NCBI GenBank assembly: GCA_965651265.1
Contig: CBFGRV010000006.1
Coordinates: 22,595-86,594 of the forward strand
Source of the DNA: an uncultured Rhodothermales bacterium
GTDB taxonomy: Bacteria; Bacteroidota; Rhodothermia; Rhodothermales; VXPQ01
DNA length: 64,000 nucleotides
Direction: 5' to 3'
Shown: one piece after another, positions 10,444-20,539 of the stretch
Position numbering within the stretch: the first letter of the stretch is position 1
How the letters are laid out: every line of letters starts with the position of its first letter
The notes under the pieces: model-generated
Databases searched by the model: none
Told to the model about the DNA's origin: nothing
What the model saw: only the letters and a program-made list of their open reading frames with translations
Made by a program: the position numbers and the translations under genes

Positions 10444-12111
10444 ATGCTCTGCCTCGTACACGGCTACGGTTTGACTGGATCGGGTAGCAACCAGTGGACG
10501 CGATCCATCGCACGCGGGCTTTGCGAACTCGGCGAGACCGTACACCTGGTGTGTCAGGAAAACCGCCCTGAGCAGTTCGATTTCATCGCAGAAGCGCACG
10601 CCTACGATCCGTCGGGCGAGCCCACGTTGCTGTTTCGGAGGAATGTCCCGTTCCGGGGACGCTGCATCATGCATCGGCCCCTACTCGAGATCCTTCCGAC
10701 GTATGTCCGCCCGGCGCCCGGTGTCACGTCCATGGCCTCCATCCTGGACCTTCCGCGGGAGAAGCTCGACGATTACGTGGCGCGCAACGAGGCCACGCTG
10801 CGCCGCATCCTGGCGGATCACGACATCAGCGCCGTGCACGTGAATCATGTGGTGTTGATGGCCGTCGCCGTACACCGGGCGTGCCGGGCCGCCGGCGTAC
10901 CATTCGGCGTGATGCCGCATGGCAGCGCCATCGAGTATGTCGTCAAGCACGACGAACGCATGCGGGAGCTCGCCCGCGCGGCCCTTGCCGATGCGCACAC
11001 GATCTTTTTGCTCAGCGATGAGATGCGCGAACGCATTCAGTCCGTCTTCCCGGAGATCACGGACGCCGAAGCGAAGATGGTGATGGCCAGTGCCGGCGTC
11101 GACACCCGGCAATTCCAGGTGATCCCGCGATCCGCCCGCATGGAGAGCATCGGTCGGCTAAAGGATGCGATGGCGGATTCACCCCGCGGCTGCCGTCTCG
11201 ATCAGCAGCGCGCCCTCCACGAGGGCCTTCGAGAAGACCTGGAGCTCGACGAGCTGCTCGCATTGCTGGCCGGATTCAGTGATTTCCCGCCGAAGCTGCC
11301 CGACGAGGCCGTCGAGAAGCGGTTGGATGGAATCGACTGGACTTCCGATGACATCATCCTGTATGTCGGGAAGCTGATCGGATACAAGGGCCTGCCTGCG
11401 CTCATTGTGGCCTTTCCGGCCATCCTCGAACGGCGCCCGAATGCCCGGCTCATCGTGGCGGGAAGAGGCAATCTCCGCGGCGCACTCCAGGCGCTGGTCT
11501 ACGCCCTTGCCGACGGCCACCGGCGCCTCGCACGAAACATCCTCGAGTGGGGTGGCGCCGTGGAAGGTGAGGAACGCCTCCCGTTCGAACGGCCCATCCA
11601 CTTCTTGCACAATCTGGAAAGACGCGACCTGCTCGATGCTTACTTCGAGCGAGCCGCATGTGCCGATCTGATCGACAAGGTCATCTTCACCGGGTATCTC
11701 GAGCATCATCTTCTTTGCCACCTCTTCCCCTGTTGCGACGTCGCCATCTTTCCGTCGGTCGTCAAGGAGGCTGCCCCCCTCGTGGTCCCCGAGGCCATGG
11801 CATCCGGATGCTTTCCGATCGGCACGGACTACGCCGGCATGGGAACGAGCCTCGACGTGGCGGCCGAAGCCGTGCCCGACGATATCGGCCGGCTCATGCG
11901 GCTCAGGCACGATCCGCGCTATACCACTTGCGACATCGTGGAGAACGTCCCCCGTGCCCTGGAGCACACGGACGATTACAGAGAAGCATTGCGGGATCTC
12001 GCCGTGCGGCGCTACGACTGGCGAAGTGTCGCCGGGTCGCTAGCCACGCACATGAAAGCCATGGCAGGCTATGCTTCGACGGCGAATTGGAGCGACGCGA
12101 GCCGTCTGTAG
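10444..12111 (+). CDS. Glycosyltransferase family 4 (GT-B), unusually long (555 aa)
   Basis: HGYGLTGSGS N-terminal loop, AGVDT, YVGKLIGYKG, E-x7-E motif EAAPLVVPEAMASG. Confidence 0.85.
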   Translation: MLCLVHGYGLTGSGSNQWTRSIARGLCELGETVHLVCQENRPEQFDFIAEAHAYDPSGEPTLLFRRNVPFRGRCIMHRPLLEILPTYVRPAPGVTSMASILDLPREKLDDYVARNEATLRRILADHDISAVHVNHVVLMAVAVHRACRAAGVPFGVMPHGSAIEYVVKHDERMRELARAALADAHTIFLLSDEMRERIQSVFPEITDAEAKMVMASAGVDTRQFQVIPRSARMESIGRLKDAMADSPRGCRLDQQRALHEGLREDLELDELLALLAGFSDFPPKLPDEAVEKRLDGIDWTSDDIILYVGKLIGYKGLPALIVAFPAILERRPNARLIVAGRGNLRGALQALVYALADGHRRLARNILEWGGAVEGEERLPFERPIHFLHNLERRDLLDAYFERAACADLIDKVIFTGYLEHHLLCHLFPCCDVAIFPSVVKEAAPLVVPEAMASGCFPIGTDYAGMGTSLDVAAEAVPDDIGRLMRLRHDPRYTTCDIVENVPRALEHTDDYREALRDLAVRRYDWRSVAGSLATHMKAMAGYASTANWSDASRL

Positions 12112-13826
12112 AGCCCTTCGATCGAAGAAAGCTCGCCGTGCGTGCCGGATTGGATGATCCGCCCATCCTCCAGAACAAGGATGCGATCCGCGTGCTGAAC
12201 GGTCGAGAGCCGGTGCGCGATGATGAAGGTGGTTCGCCCCGACATCAGACGCTCCAGGGCTTCCTGCACCAGCGCCTCCGACTCGGAGTCCAGCGATGAT
12301 GTGGCTTCATCGAGCAGCAGGATGGGGGCATCCTTCAGGATGGCGCGGGCGACCGACAGCCGCTGCTTTTCCCCGCCGCTGAGCTTCACGCCTCGCTCGC
12401 CGATAACGGTATCGTATCCGTCCGGCAGTCGCGTGGCGAACTCATCTACATTGGCCGCGATGGCCGCCTCGATCACCTCCTCGTCAGATGCCTCGAGGCG
12501 GCCATAGCGAATGTTCTCCATGATGGAGGTGTTGAACAGGTAGACATCCTGCGGAACGACGGCGATCTGCTCGCGCAGGGAACGAAGGGTCACGTCACGG
12601 ACGTCGACGCCATCGACGAGCACACGCCCTTCGTCCGGTTCGTAGAAGCGTGGAATGAGATTGAGGAGCGTCGTCTTGCCGGCCCCGCTTCGCCCCACGA
12701 GCGCGATCGTGGCGCCGAGAGCTACCTCAAAGCCGACGTCACGGAGGACGGGCACGTCGGGATCGTACCGGAACGAAACGTTTTCGAACGTCACCGCTCC
12801 CGAGACGCGTCCCAGCGGCCGAGCGCCCTCTCGATCCTGGATGGCCGGCTCCGTCTCCATCAAATCGAAAATCCGCTCCGACGCACCGGCTGCCGTGTTG
12901 AAAATGCTGTACAGGCGTGCCATCCCGCCCGTGCTTCGGGCGATGAAGAAGGCGTAGAAGATGAAGGCGACGAGATCGCCCGCCGTCAGCCGCCCGGCCA
13001 GCACCTCAATCCCGCCGAACCAGAAGATGGCCACCAGCGCACCGAAGAAGAGCAACCCGATGATGGTGGAAAAGAGGATGCGCTCGAGGATGGTGCGGCG
13101 CGAGGTGTGGAAGAGGTCCTCGACGGACGTGCCGTACCGGCCGACTTCGTGCTCCTCGCGCGCGAACGCCTTCACCACGCGCACGGCCGCTAGGGCCTCT
13201 TCGGCGATGGCCGTGGTGTCGGCGAGGCGATCCTGGATGTCGCGAGACAGGGCCCGGATGCGCCGGCCGAAGTAGCGCGCAAGCAGGGTGGCCGCCGGCA
13301 CGATCACGAATATCAGGGCCGACAGGCGCCAGTTCAGGAGCACCATCAAGGCGATGGATCCGATCAACGAGAGCGACTGCGAGAGTAGATCCACCATCGC
13401 AGAGGTGACGGCCGTGCGGATCGATCCCACGTCGTTCGTCAGCCGGGACGTGAGATCCCCGATGCGCTGGTTCGCGAAAAAGCGCAGGTCATGCCGGGTC
13501 ATGCGCTCGTAGAGCCGCTTGCGCAAGTCGGCGACGACGCGCTCGCCCGTCCATTCGAGCAGGTAGGTACCGCCAAAGCTGAGCGCACTCTGGGCCACGA
13601 ACAGCGCGAGCAGGATCAACGCCATGCGGTTCAGCAGCGACTGGTCGTCCGCCTGGAAGACGGCGTCGATCAGCGCTCGTACGCCCATCGGAACGGCGAG
13701 CCAGACGACGGAGCCAACCATCGTGAGGATGACGGCAACCGCCAGACGGCGGCGATACGGTGCGGCGAACTGAAGCATCCGGCGCACGGCAGCGATCAGA
13801 CGATATGGCGCACCCGTTTCGCTCAC
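12069..13826 (-). CDS. ABC exporter, fused TMD-NBD (MsbA/multidrug type)
   Basis: Six TM helices, Walker A GRSGAGKT, signature LSGGEKQ, Walker B LLLDEATS, IAHRL. Confidence 0.95.
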   Translation of the reverse strand: MSETGAPYRLIAAVRRMLQFAAPYRRRLAVAVILTMVGSVVWLAVPMGVRALIDAVFQADDQSLLNRMALILLALFVAQSALSFGGTYLLEWTGERVVADLRKRLYERMTRHDLRFFANQRIGDLTSRLTNDVGSIRTAVTSAMVDLLSQSLSLIGSIALMVLLNWRLSALIFVIVPAATLLARYFGRRIRALSRDIQDRLADTTAIAEEALAAVRVVKAFAREEHEVGRYGTSVEDLFHTSRRTILERILFSTIIGLLFFGALVAIFWFGGIEVLAGRLTAGDLVAFIFYAFFIARSTGGMARLYSIFNTAAGASERIFDLMETEPAIQDREGARPLGRVSGAVTFENVSFRYDPDVPVLRDVGFEVALGATIALVGRSGAGKTTLLNLIPRFYEPDEGRVLVDGVDVRDVTLRSLREQIAVVPQDVYLFNTSIMENIRYGRLEASDEEVIEAAIAANVDEFATRLPDGYDTVIGERGVKLSGGEKQRLSVARAILKDAPILLLDEATSSLDSESEALVQEALERLMSGRTTFIIAHRLSTVQHADRILVLEDGRIIQSGTHGELSSIEGLYRRLASLQFAVEA

Positions 13827-14569
13827 GTCTGGAACTCGGGGTGTGGTCCGCGATCGATCAGGTGGGCCACGGTGTCCATGTGCCGGCGGAGCGTCTCGAA
13901 GCCTACCTGTTGCCGCGCCTCTTGCCAGCCCATCCAGCGCACATCTTCAATGTCTTCCTCGGCCTGCGGCACGAACGACTCCGCATCCGTCGCCATCTCG
14001 AACCAGTAGGTTGTCTTGACGCAGAATCGGCCATCCTCGGGATAGCCGTGCACGGTCGACCCAAGGGGTTGGATCAACCGCACCTCATCGATGCCGATCT
14101 CCTCTTCCACTTCGCGACGGGCACAGGAGCGGATATTCTCGCCCGCATTGCATTTTCCTTTCGGCAAATCCCATCGACCGCGCCGATAAATCAGCAGGAT
14201 CTCGAGGCCGCCGTCACCGCGTCGAGTCAGAAAGCCGCCGGCTGCGGTCACCGCCTCCGGCTCCATGTATGGGTCGAGGTTGAGGACCGCCTCGGCGGTA
14301 AAGCTGGAGGCACCCTCGGCGGCCATGCTCCGGTCGATCACCAGGATGGGGCCCCGGCAAGAGTCGCGCGCCTCTTCGAGACTGGCGAAGACCACCCCGT
14401 TTGCGCCGAAGGATGACTTGCGAGTGGTCGCAATGGAGCTTGCTTCCTCCCGCGTCGCGCAGTAAAAAGAAAGCATGCTGGTCTGTGGGCGGGTCTCCAT
14501 GGCGCCGTGAGACGAGCGGTGTATGCAACGGATCCGATACGCCCCCGATTTCATATCGAGGACCGGCAC
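13823..14569 (-). CDS. Nudix hydrolase (true start probably downstream of 14569)
   Basis: Nudix box GKCNAGENIRSCARREVEEEIG preceded by AAGG...WDLPKG. Confidence 0.9.
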   Translation of the reverse strand: MPVLDMKSGAYRIRCIHRSSHGAMETRPQTSMLSFYCATREEASSIATTRKSSFGANGVVFASLEEARDSCRGPILVIDRSMAAEGASSFTAEAVLNLDPYMEPEAVTAAGGFLTRRGDGGLEILLIYRRGRWDLPKGKCNAGENIRSCARREVEEEIGIDEVRLIQPLGSTVHGYPEDGRFCVKTTYWFEMATDAESFVPQAEEDIEDVRWMGWQEARQQVGFETLRRHMDTVAHLIDRGPHPEFQT

Positions 14570-14700
14570 CCTTTATTAAGTAGACCGTTACTTATGTCTA
14601 GTGATATTGCGACCGGCACGAGTCTGCCAGAAATGGCCTCTCGATACATTTCCGGTCAGCGAATGGAAGCCCGCATGTCGAGAATACTGGTGGAGATGTT

Positions 14701-15105
14701 ATGAGCGAAGGCCAATTGACACTCACTCTGCTTCACGACCTGGCGCTTCTCTATCTCGGACTTGCGCACGGGGCGGATGAAGATCTGAACCCGGCCGAGG
14801 CGCGCCAGATCTCGGCGAGCCTGCGAAGATGGCAGCCCGACAAGGATCCCAAGCTTATCGATCATGTGATCCGCGAGGCCACGCTGACCTATCTCAACGG
14901 CGCCAATACCGATCGCGTTCGCGAGGCGGTCAACGTGCTCAAGCGAGCCCTGCCACAGGAAGTCAGGACGACTATCCTTCACGATCTCAGCGACATCGCG
15001 CGCGCCGACGGCGAAATTCTATCGGAGGAGAAGGACTTCATCCTTCAGCTCGCGAACGAGTGGGACCTCGACTACGATTCGGGGATGACGGACCCCGGCC
15101 TGTGA
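14701..15105 (+). CDS. TerB-family (tellurite-resistance-like) protein
   Basis: Two half-repeats LAHGADEDLNPAE and IARADGEILSEE, typical of TerB-like proteins. Confidence 0.7.
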   Translation: MSEGQLTLTLLHDLALLYLGLAHGADEDLNPAEARQISASLRRWQPDKDPKLIDHVIREATLTYLNGANTDRVREAVNVLKRALPQEVRTTILHDLSDIARADGEILSEEKDFILQLANEWDLDYDSGMTDPGL

Positions 15106-15109
15106 TGGA

Positions 15110-16378
15110 ATGATCCGAATCGATGACGCGCTCGTCCGGCCGTTTTTAGACGAGTCTTTCTCCGGCCTCCTGCGCGATGCCGAGCTCGCACACGAAACCT
15201 TCCTGTCGAAGAGGGGCGCCGGTGGCGATCTCACGGGATGGCGCGATTTGCTCCTCCAACCGAACGATGCGCTCCTCGAACGCATCAATGAGATCGCGGA
15301 TGAAATCCGCCGTGACGCCGACGTGCTTGTCTGCATCGGAATCGGCGGCTCGTATCTCGGCGCGAAAGCCGTCATCGAGGCGCTCACGCCCTACTTTGGC
15401 GGTGACACAGGCCCCGAGATCGTCTTCGCCGGGCACCACATCAGCGGAGCCTACCTGCGCGAGCTTCTCGACCACATCGAGGGGCGCTCCGTTTTCGTGA
15501 ACGTCATCTCGAAGAGCGGGACGACGCTCGAGCCCGCCCTCGCCTTCCGCTACGTTCGTCAGATGGTTGAAGCGACCTTCGACGATGCGGACCGCCGGAT
15601 CATCGTCACGACAGATCCGGAGAAGGGTGCCCTGAACAGGCTGCATCAGGAGCGTGGGTATCGGAAGTTCGACATTCCGCCCGATGTCGGCGGGCGCTTT
15701 TCCGTACTCACTCCGGTCGGCCTCCTTCCGATCGCGGTGGCCGGCATCGATATCGTCTCACTTTTCTATGGGGCCGTGGCGGCGGCCGAGGATCTGACCG
15801 AGGCGGCCGACAACGACGCCATCCGGTATGCGGCTGTGCGAAACGCCTTTCTGCGACAGGGGAAGGCCGTCGAACTCCTCGCCGTCTTCGAGCCGCGCCT
15901 TCGAGGACTCGGAGAATGGTGGCAGCAGCTCTACGGAGAGAGCGAGGGTAAGGATCAAAAAGGCCTATTTCCCGCCATCGCTCAGTATTCGACCGACCTC
16001 CATTCGTTCGGGCAATACGTCCAGGAAGGTCAGCGAACTTTGATGGAGACGTTCTTGATGGTCGATAATGATGAGGGCGCGCTGCGCGTTCCCGGCTCCG
16101 AGGACGATCTGGATGGATTGAATTACCTGCTGGGCAAGACTGTGAGAGATGTGAACAGGGCGGCCTACGAGGGCACGTCGCAAGCTCATTCGGCCGGAAA
16201 CGTACCCAATCTCACCGTCTGGCTCGACCGCATCTCGCCCGGCACGATCGGCGAAGCCATCTATTTCTTCGAACACGCCGTCGCCGTCTCGGGCTACCTC
16301 CTGGGCGTGAATCCCTTCGATCAGCCGGGCGTCGAGGCCTATAAAAAGGAGATGTTCCGCCTATTGGGCCGGCCCTGA
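15110..16378 (+). CDS. pgi: Glucose-6-phosphate isomerase (short type)
   Basis: GIGGSYLG, ISKSGTTLE, VGGRFSVLTPVG, QLYGESEGK, DLHSFGQ, NPFDQPGVEAYK. Confidence 0.97.
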   Translation: MIRIDDALVRPFLDESFSGLLRDAELAHETFLSKRGAGGDLTGWRDLLLQPNDALLERINEIADEIRRDADVLVCIGIGGSYLGAKAVIEALTPYFGGDTGPEIVFAGHHISGAYLRELLDHIEGRSVFVNVISKSGTTLEPALAFRYVRQMVEATFDDADRRIIVTTDPEKGALNRLHQERGYRKFDIPPDVGGRFSVLTPVGLLPIAVAGIDIVSLFYGAVAAAEDLTEAADNDAIRYAAVRNAFLRQGKAVELLAVFEPRLRGLGEWWQQLYGESEGKDQKGLFPAIAQYSTDLHSFGQYVQEGQRTLMETFLMVDNDEGALRVPGSEDDLDGLNYLLGKTVRDVNRAAYEGTSQAHSAGNVPNLTVWLDRISPGTIGEAIYFFEHAVAVSGYLLGVNPFDQPGVEAYKKEMFRLLGRP

Positions 16379-16419
16379 GGTCTGAGTGCTCGATGGGAGG
16401 CGAGGGGTCACGCCGTGCC

Positions 16420-16850
16420 CAGGCCTTATCCCCATCACGTGGACAGGTCGTGGAAAAGCTGGAGTTTATCCTGTACTCCGCCTCTTGCGGCTGATCGGTG
16501 TGCACATCGAAGCGGTTGCTCACACGTCCCCACTACGATTCCCACCCAAATTCACGCCCAAAGGCGGAGTGTACAACTTTCGCGAATGTTTCCACATGCC
16601 CGGGCGTGAATTGCGGTGAATTCGTGGAGATCTCGGCCTTTAGGCCAGAACGTTGCCGAGCCCGACCGTTGCATCCTCATCGGCTCTGGTTGATTTCTCC
16701 GTGGCAATAGGCTCGCATTGTCAACAACGTCCGACGCCGGCGACGTGGACATCCCCCTCATCCACATTCCCACAGGCCCAACTACAACCTCCTACTACAT
16801 CTTTTAAAAGATATATCTGATATAATAGAGGCCGTGAATCTGTGGGTAAG
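16420..16850. other. Candidate chromosomal replication origin (DnaA-box cluster plus basal unwinding element)
   Basis: Boxes with 7-8/9 match to TTWTNCACA at 16426, 16449(-), 16516, 16588, 16718, 16758, 16766, 16841(-). The tandem 16758/16766 pair is followed by GGCCC, CTA/CAA-type triplets (16779-16803) and a tract with 23/26 A/T (16802-16827). Confidence 0.7.
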
Positions 16851-16887
16851 CCGGCCTATCGCCGGTTGATCTTAACGAACGGACATC

Positions 16888-17727
16888 ATGATCAAGAGAA
16901 TCCTGCTGGCGCTGGACGTCGACTCCGACACGATCGTTGCCACCGACTTCGCCGTAGAAATCGCACGGCGATATGATGCTGAAATAACCGGCCTGGCCGT
17001 CGTCGACACAGGCAGCATCGAGGCCGGCACGCGCGGTGCTGGAATCGGCAGCATGTACTACGCCGAGAAACTGCGTGAAAGCCTGACCGCGGAGACGAGA
17101 GCCAAGGCCAGGGAACTCATCGACCAGTTCGAGAGCGTCGTGACGAAGAAGAACGTCGCCTACGAAGTGGCCGTGCACGAGGGCGTCCCCTACCGGCGAA
17201 TATTGGAGGACATCAAATACCACGATCTGCTTGTGGTGGGTCGAGAGCCACACTTCTTTTACGGCCGTCCCGACCATAAGACGGACACGCTGAGCCGGGT
17301 CGTCAAGGAAGCCACAGGCCCGGGCCTCGTGGTGGGTGAGACACGCGAAAGAGCCGAGCGCGTCATGGTAGCCTATGACGGCAGTCCTGCGTCGGCTCGG
17401 ACGGCGCAGTATTTCCTGCACCTGCTGCCCTTCGGGAGGGACATCGAGGTGGAGATTGTCAACGTGCATGACGGGAACGAGGCGGAGTCGGAGCTGATGC
17501 TTGACATGATGGCCACCTACTACTCCAAGCACGGTCTGCGGGCCAGAAAAACGAGCATTCGCGGAGACGATCCGGCCAGAATCATCACAGAGCACGCCCT
17601 CAACATGGAGTGTGACGTGATCGTGGCCGGAGCCCATTCCGTGTCAAAGATCAAAGAGCTGGCATTTGGATCGACTACGGCGTCCCTTCTCGCAAACTGC
17701 CCGCGCCCCATGTTTCTGTATACTTGA
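16888..17727 (+). CDS. Universal stress protein with two USP domains
   Basis: KRILLALD...; second domain VMVAYDGSPAS; VAGAHS...FGSTTASLL. Confidence 0.92.
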   Translation: MIKRILLALDVDSDTIVATDFAVEIARRYDAEITGLAVVDTGSIEAGTRGAGIGSMYYAEKLRESLTAETRAKARELIDQFESVVTKKNVAYEVAVHEGVPYRRILEDIKYHDLLVVGREPHFFYGRPDHKTDTLSRVVKEATGPGLVVGETRERAERVMVAYDGSPASARTAQYFLHLLPFGRDIEVEIVNVHDGNEAESELMLDMMATYYSKHGLRARKTSIRGDDPARIITEHALNMECDVIVAGAHSVSKIKELAFGSTTASLLANCPRPMFLYT

Positions 17728-17776
17728 TGGGGCCTTCCCGGACTTCGAAGCCGGCCAAGGGTCGGCGGTTGCTCCG

Positions 17777-20179
17777 CTAGTAGGTTACGCGCTCCACGCG
17801 CCGGCCATCGAAGCGAAGCCAGACGGCGCCCGATTTGCCGGTCACCTCCACATGAAATCCGCTACGGTCCAGACGCTCGAGCACGTCTTCATCAGGAAGT
17901 CCGTATCGATTTCGTTCGGCCACGCTGACGATAGCCGGCGGCGAGGCACCCTCCCGGACGGTCGAAAGGAACGCCGGCGCTGAACTGGTACGCGAGCCGT
18001 GGTGGCCCACTTTCAGGGCGTCGCTGCGTAGCCAATCGCGAAACGTTCGGACGAGGGCCAGCTCGGCATCGCGTGGAGCATCTCCCGTCATGATGATGCT
18101 GGTCGCGCCGTACGAGATGCGCAGCACGACCGAATGGTCGTTGGGGGATGTCCCGATAGTCCACTCGTTCGGGAAGAGGACGTAGGTTCGCACGTTCGGA
18201 TCGATCTGCAGCGTGTCGCCGGCCCGCGCAATCTGCTCCGGTATCTGCAGGCTGTCCAGGAGCCGTCCGGTTTCACGGTAGAGGTCTGTCGGATGCTCGA
18301 AGCCGGATCGCACGACGCGGCCGACGGGCATTGCACGGAGCACAGCGGGCAATCCGCCCAGGTGGTCGTTGTCCGGATGGGTAATCACTACGGTGTGCAG
18401 GTGCCGAATGCCCAGACGATCGATCTGGGGCAGGATGACGTCGCTTCCGGCATCGCCGTATGCCGACCGAGGGCCGGCATCCACGAGCATGGCCTCACCG
18501 TTGGGAAATTGGACGATGGCCGCGTCGCCCTGCCCTACATCCAGCATGATGACCTCAAGATCCGGAATCCATCGCCGTTCCATCACCCCAAACCAGATGT
18601 GTCCCACAATTACGACGCCGGCGAGGAGCAGAAGCGTCCATCGGTGCGATGGATCGCGCCAGCGGCCGATGGCCAGCACGCCAAGCACCATCGCGATGAT
18701 GGGGGCCGGATGATCGATGGTCCATTCCAGGAGGGCCCAACCGGCATACCGGTCACCGACTTCCGAGACCGTAAGCAGCGATTGGGCCAACACATCCGAC
18801 GAAGCGCCGATCGTCGTCCCCATCACGGACGATAGCTCGCCCGCCATGATCGCAACGAGTCCGGATACGAGAAGCGCCGTCGTGATGGGAATGGCCGGCA
18901 GGTTCAAAAGGAATCCGGCCATTGCCGCCTGCCCGAAGTGATAGAGCACCACCGGCAGGGTGCCGAGCGTGGCAGCCGTGGTCACCAACAGCGATGAGTG
19001 CAGGTACCCGAGGGTCTTGGAAGCGGGCGCGGCAAACGACCGTTGGAGCTGCGGCATCAATCCAACGATCGATCCAACCGCCGCCATCGACAGCTGGAAA
19101 CCCGGCTCGAACAGATGTACAGGCCGGAGCACCAGAATGAGGAGGGCGGCCACCCCGAGCGTATTCATTGAATCCGTGCTCCGCTGAAGCGTTGTCGCCA
19201 TCATGAAGAGCAGAGCCATGACCACGGCCCGCACGACAGATGCCGTCCCGCCGGCGAGCACCATATAGGCCAGCAGGAGCAGGGCCGTTGTGATGGTGCG
19301 AATGAGTTCCACGCGACGCCATCCAAAACGAAATCGCATAAGGATGGGCCCGAGGTGCTTGTAGAGGATCATGCCGACCACCATCACATGGAGTCCGGAG
19401 ACGGCCAGTAGATGAAGCAGGCCCGTGCGTGCGAAACGATCGCGAACCGCAGTGTCGATGGCCCGCTTGTCGCCTAGCAGCAGGGCACGCATGACGCCTC
19501 TGGCCTCTCGATCGAGCAGAAAGCGATCGATGCGCCGCTCTATGGCATGGCGGACGTCAGCCGCAACACAAGCGAGGCCGGACCTGCGGGACGCGACGAC
19601 CGCGGCGCTCTCCGCGAACATGCGCACGTAGATTCGTTGCCTTCGTAAGTACGCCCCGTAGTCGAAATCGCCCGGATTCCGTCGCCGGGGGAGATCGGAT
19701 AGTTCGCCGCGCACACGGACCACGTCACACGTGCGGAGGCCCGGCGCGGCATCGGCGACGTAGACAAGCAGCTTTCCAGCGGGACCGCCCGCCTCGGGCT
19801 CTAGAACTAGCGTGAACCGTACAAGTCGTCCGCTCTGTGCGGGCTCATCGGCGATCCAGCCTTGCACGTCGACCTCGGTCCCCAGCGGCAAGTGGGAGAT
19901 GTGGTCTGCTCGAGGAGTGACGTAGTCCTGATACCGGAGCACGCCGGCCGCGACGACCAGCACGAGGGCGGAGGCGGTCATCATGACCTCCGTCGAAGAG
20001 AGGATTCTCCCTTCGCCAGCGAGCAGGGCTCCGGCGGCCGGTGCAAGCCCGGTGGCGGCCAGGAGGAGTCCGCCCGAGAGCGGCAGATCCATCCCATGCG
20101 CCAGACCGATCCCGCCGGCGAAGCAGCCGGCGATAATCAGCCCGGGGTAAGCATTCCAGCAAATGCCGCGAGATGACAT
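17777..20179 (-). CDS. comEC: ComEC/Rec2 DNA internalisation competence protein
   Basis: OB-fold NPGDFDY, GLLHLLAVSGLHV, beta-lactamase domain LDVGQGDA, HPDNDH, KVGHHGS; GGAGG RBS. Confidence 0.95.
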   Translation of the reverse strand: MSSRGICWNAYPGLIIAGCFAGGIGLAHGMDLPLSGGLLLAATGLAPAAGALLAGEGRILSSTEVMMTASALVLVVAAGVLRYQDYVTPRADHISHLPLGTEVDVQGWIADEPAQSGRLVRFTLVLEPEAGGPAGKLLVYVADAAPGLRTCDVVRVRGELSDLPRRRNPGDFDYGAYLRRQRIYVRMFAESAAVVASRRSGLACVAADVRHAIERRIDRFLLDREARGVMRALLLGDKRAIDTAVRDRFARTGLLHLLAVSGLHVMVVGMILYKHLGPILMRFRFGWRRVELIRTITTALLLLAYMVLAGGTASVVRAVVMALLFMMATTLQRSTDSMNTLGVAALLILVLRPVHLFEPGFQLSMAAVGSIVGLMPQLQRSFAAPASKTLGYLHSSLLVTTAATLGTLPVVLYHFGQAAMAGFLLNLPAIPITTALLVSGLVAIMAGELSSVMGTTIGASSDVLAQSLLTVSEVGDRYAGWALLEWTIDHPAPIIAMVLGVLAIGRWRDPSHRWTLLLLAGVVIVGHIWFGVMERRWIPDLEVIMLDVGQGDAAIVQFPNGEAMLVDAGPRSAYGDAGSDVILPQIDRLGIRHLHTVVITHPDNDHLGGLPAVLRAMPVGRVVRSGFEHPTDLYRETGRLLDSLQIPEQIARAGDTLQIDPNVRTYVLFPNEWTIGTSPNDHSVVLRISYGATSIIMTGDAPRDAELALVRTFRDWLRSDALKVGHHGSRTSSAPAFLSTVREGASPPAIVSVAERNRYGLPDEDVLERLDRSGFHVEVTGKSGAVWLRFDGRRVERVTY

Positions 20180-20539
20180 CGTGTCTCCACCTCCGCAAGT
20201 CCTCGGACGCCCCTACGAAAAGGGTCCTTTTCCACTAGACACGCGGAGCGCGAAAATATCACCTCGGCCACGATCAACTCCGGGTCACGACGACTCTCCG
20301 TCCCCCAGCATATCCCCGCACTCATCTCACCTTTCTCGTAATTGTCGAGGCCCACAAGAACCTCCCCCTCCCTCGCGAATATGAGCCATCGCAGCACCGC
20401 CGCGTCAGCGGCTCACTTCCATCATCACCGCTCGAAAAACCTGTAAAGCCTCGAACAAAAACACCTGTTTTCGACGAAAGGCTTGTACATTGCCCACGCG
20501 GCTGTGAGCTGCCGCGCACGAAGGAGTCGAACCTAGATC

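Noticed and set aside
17777-20179. comEC as evidence of a special DNA-uptake island
   Set aside because: Stand-alone comEC is widespread; no pilus or comEA genes nearby
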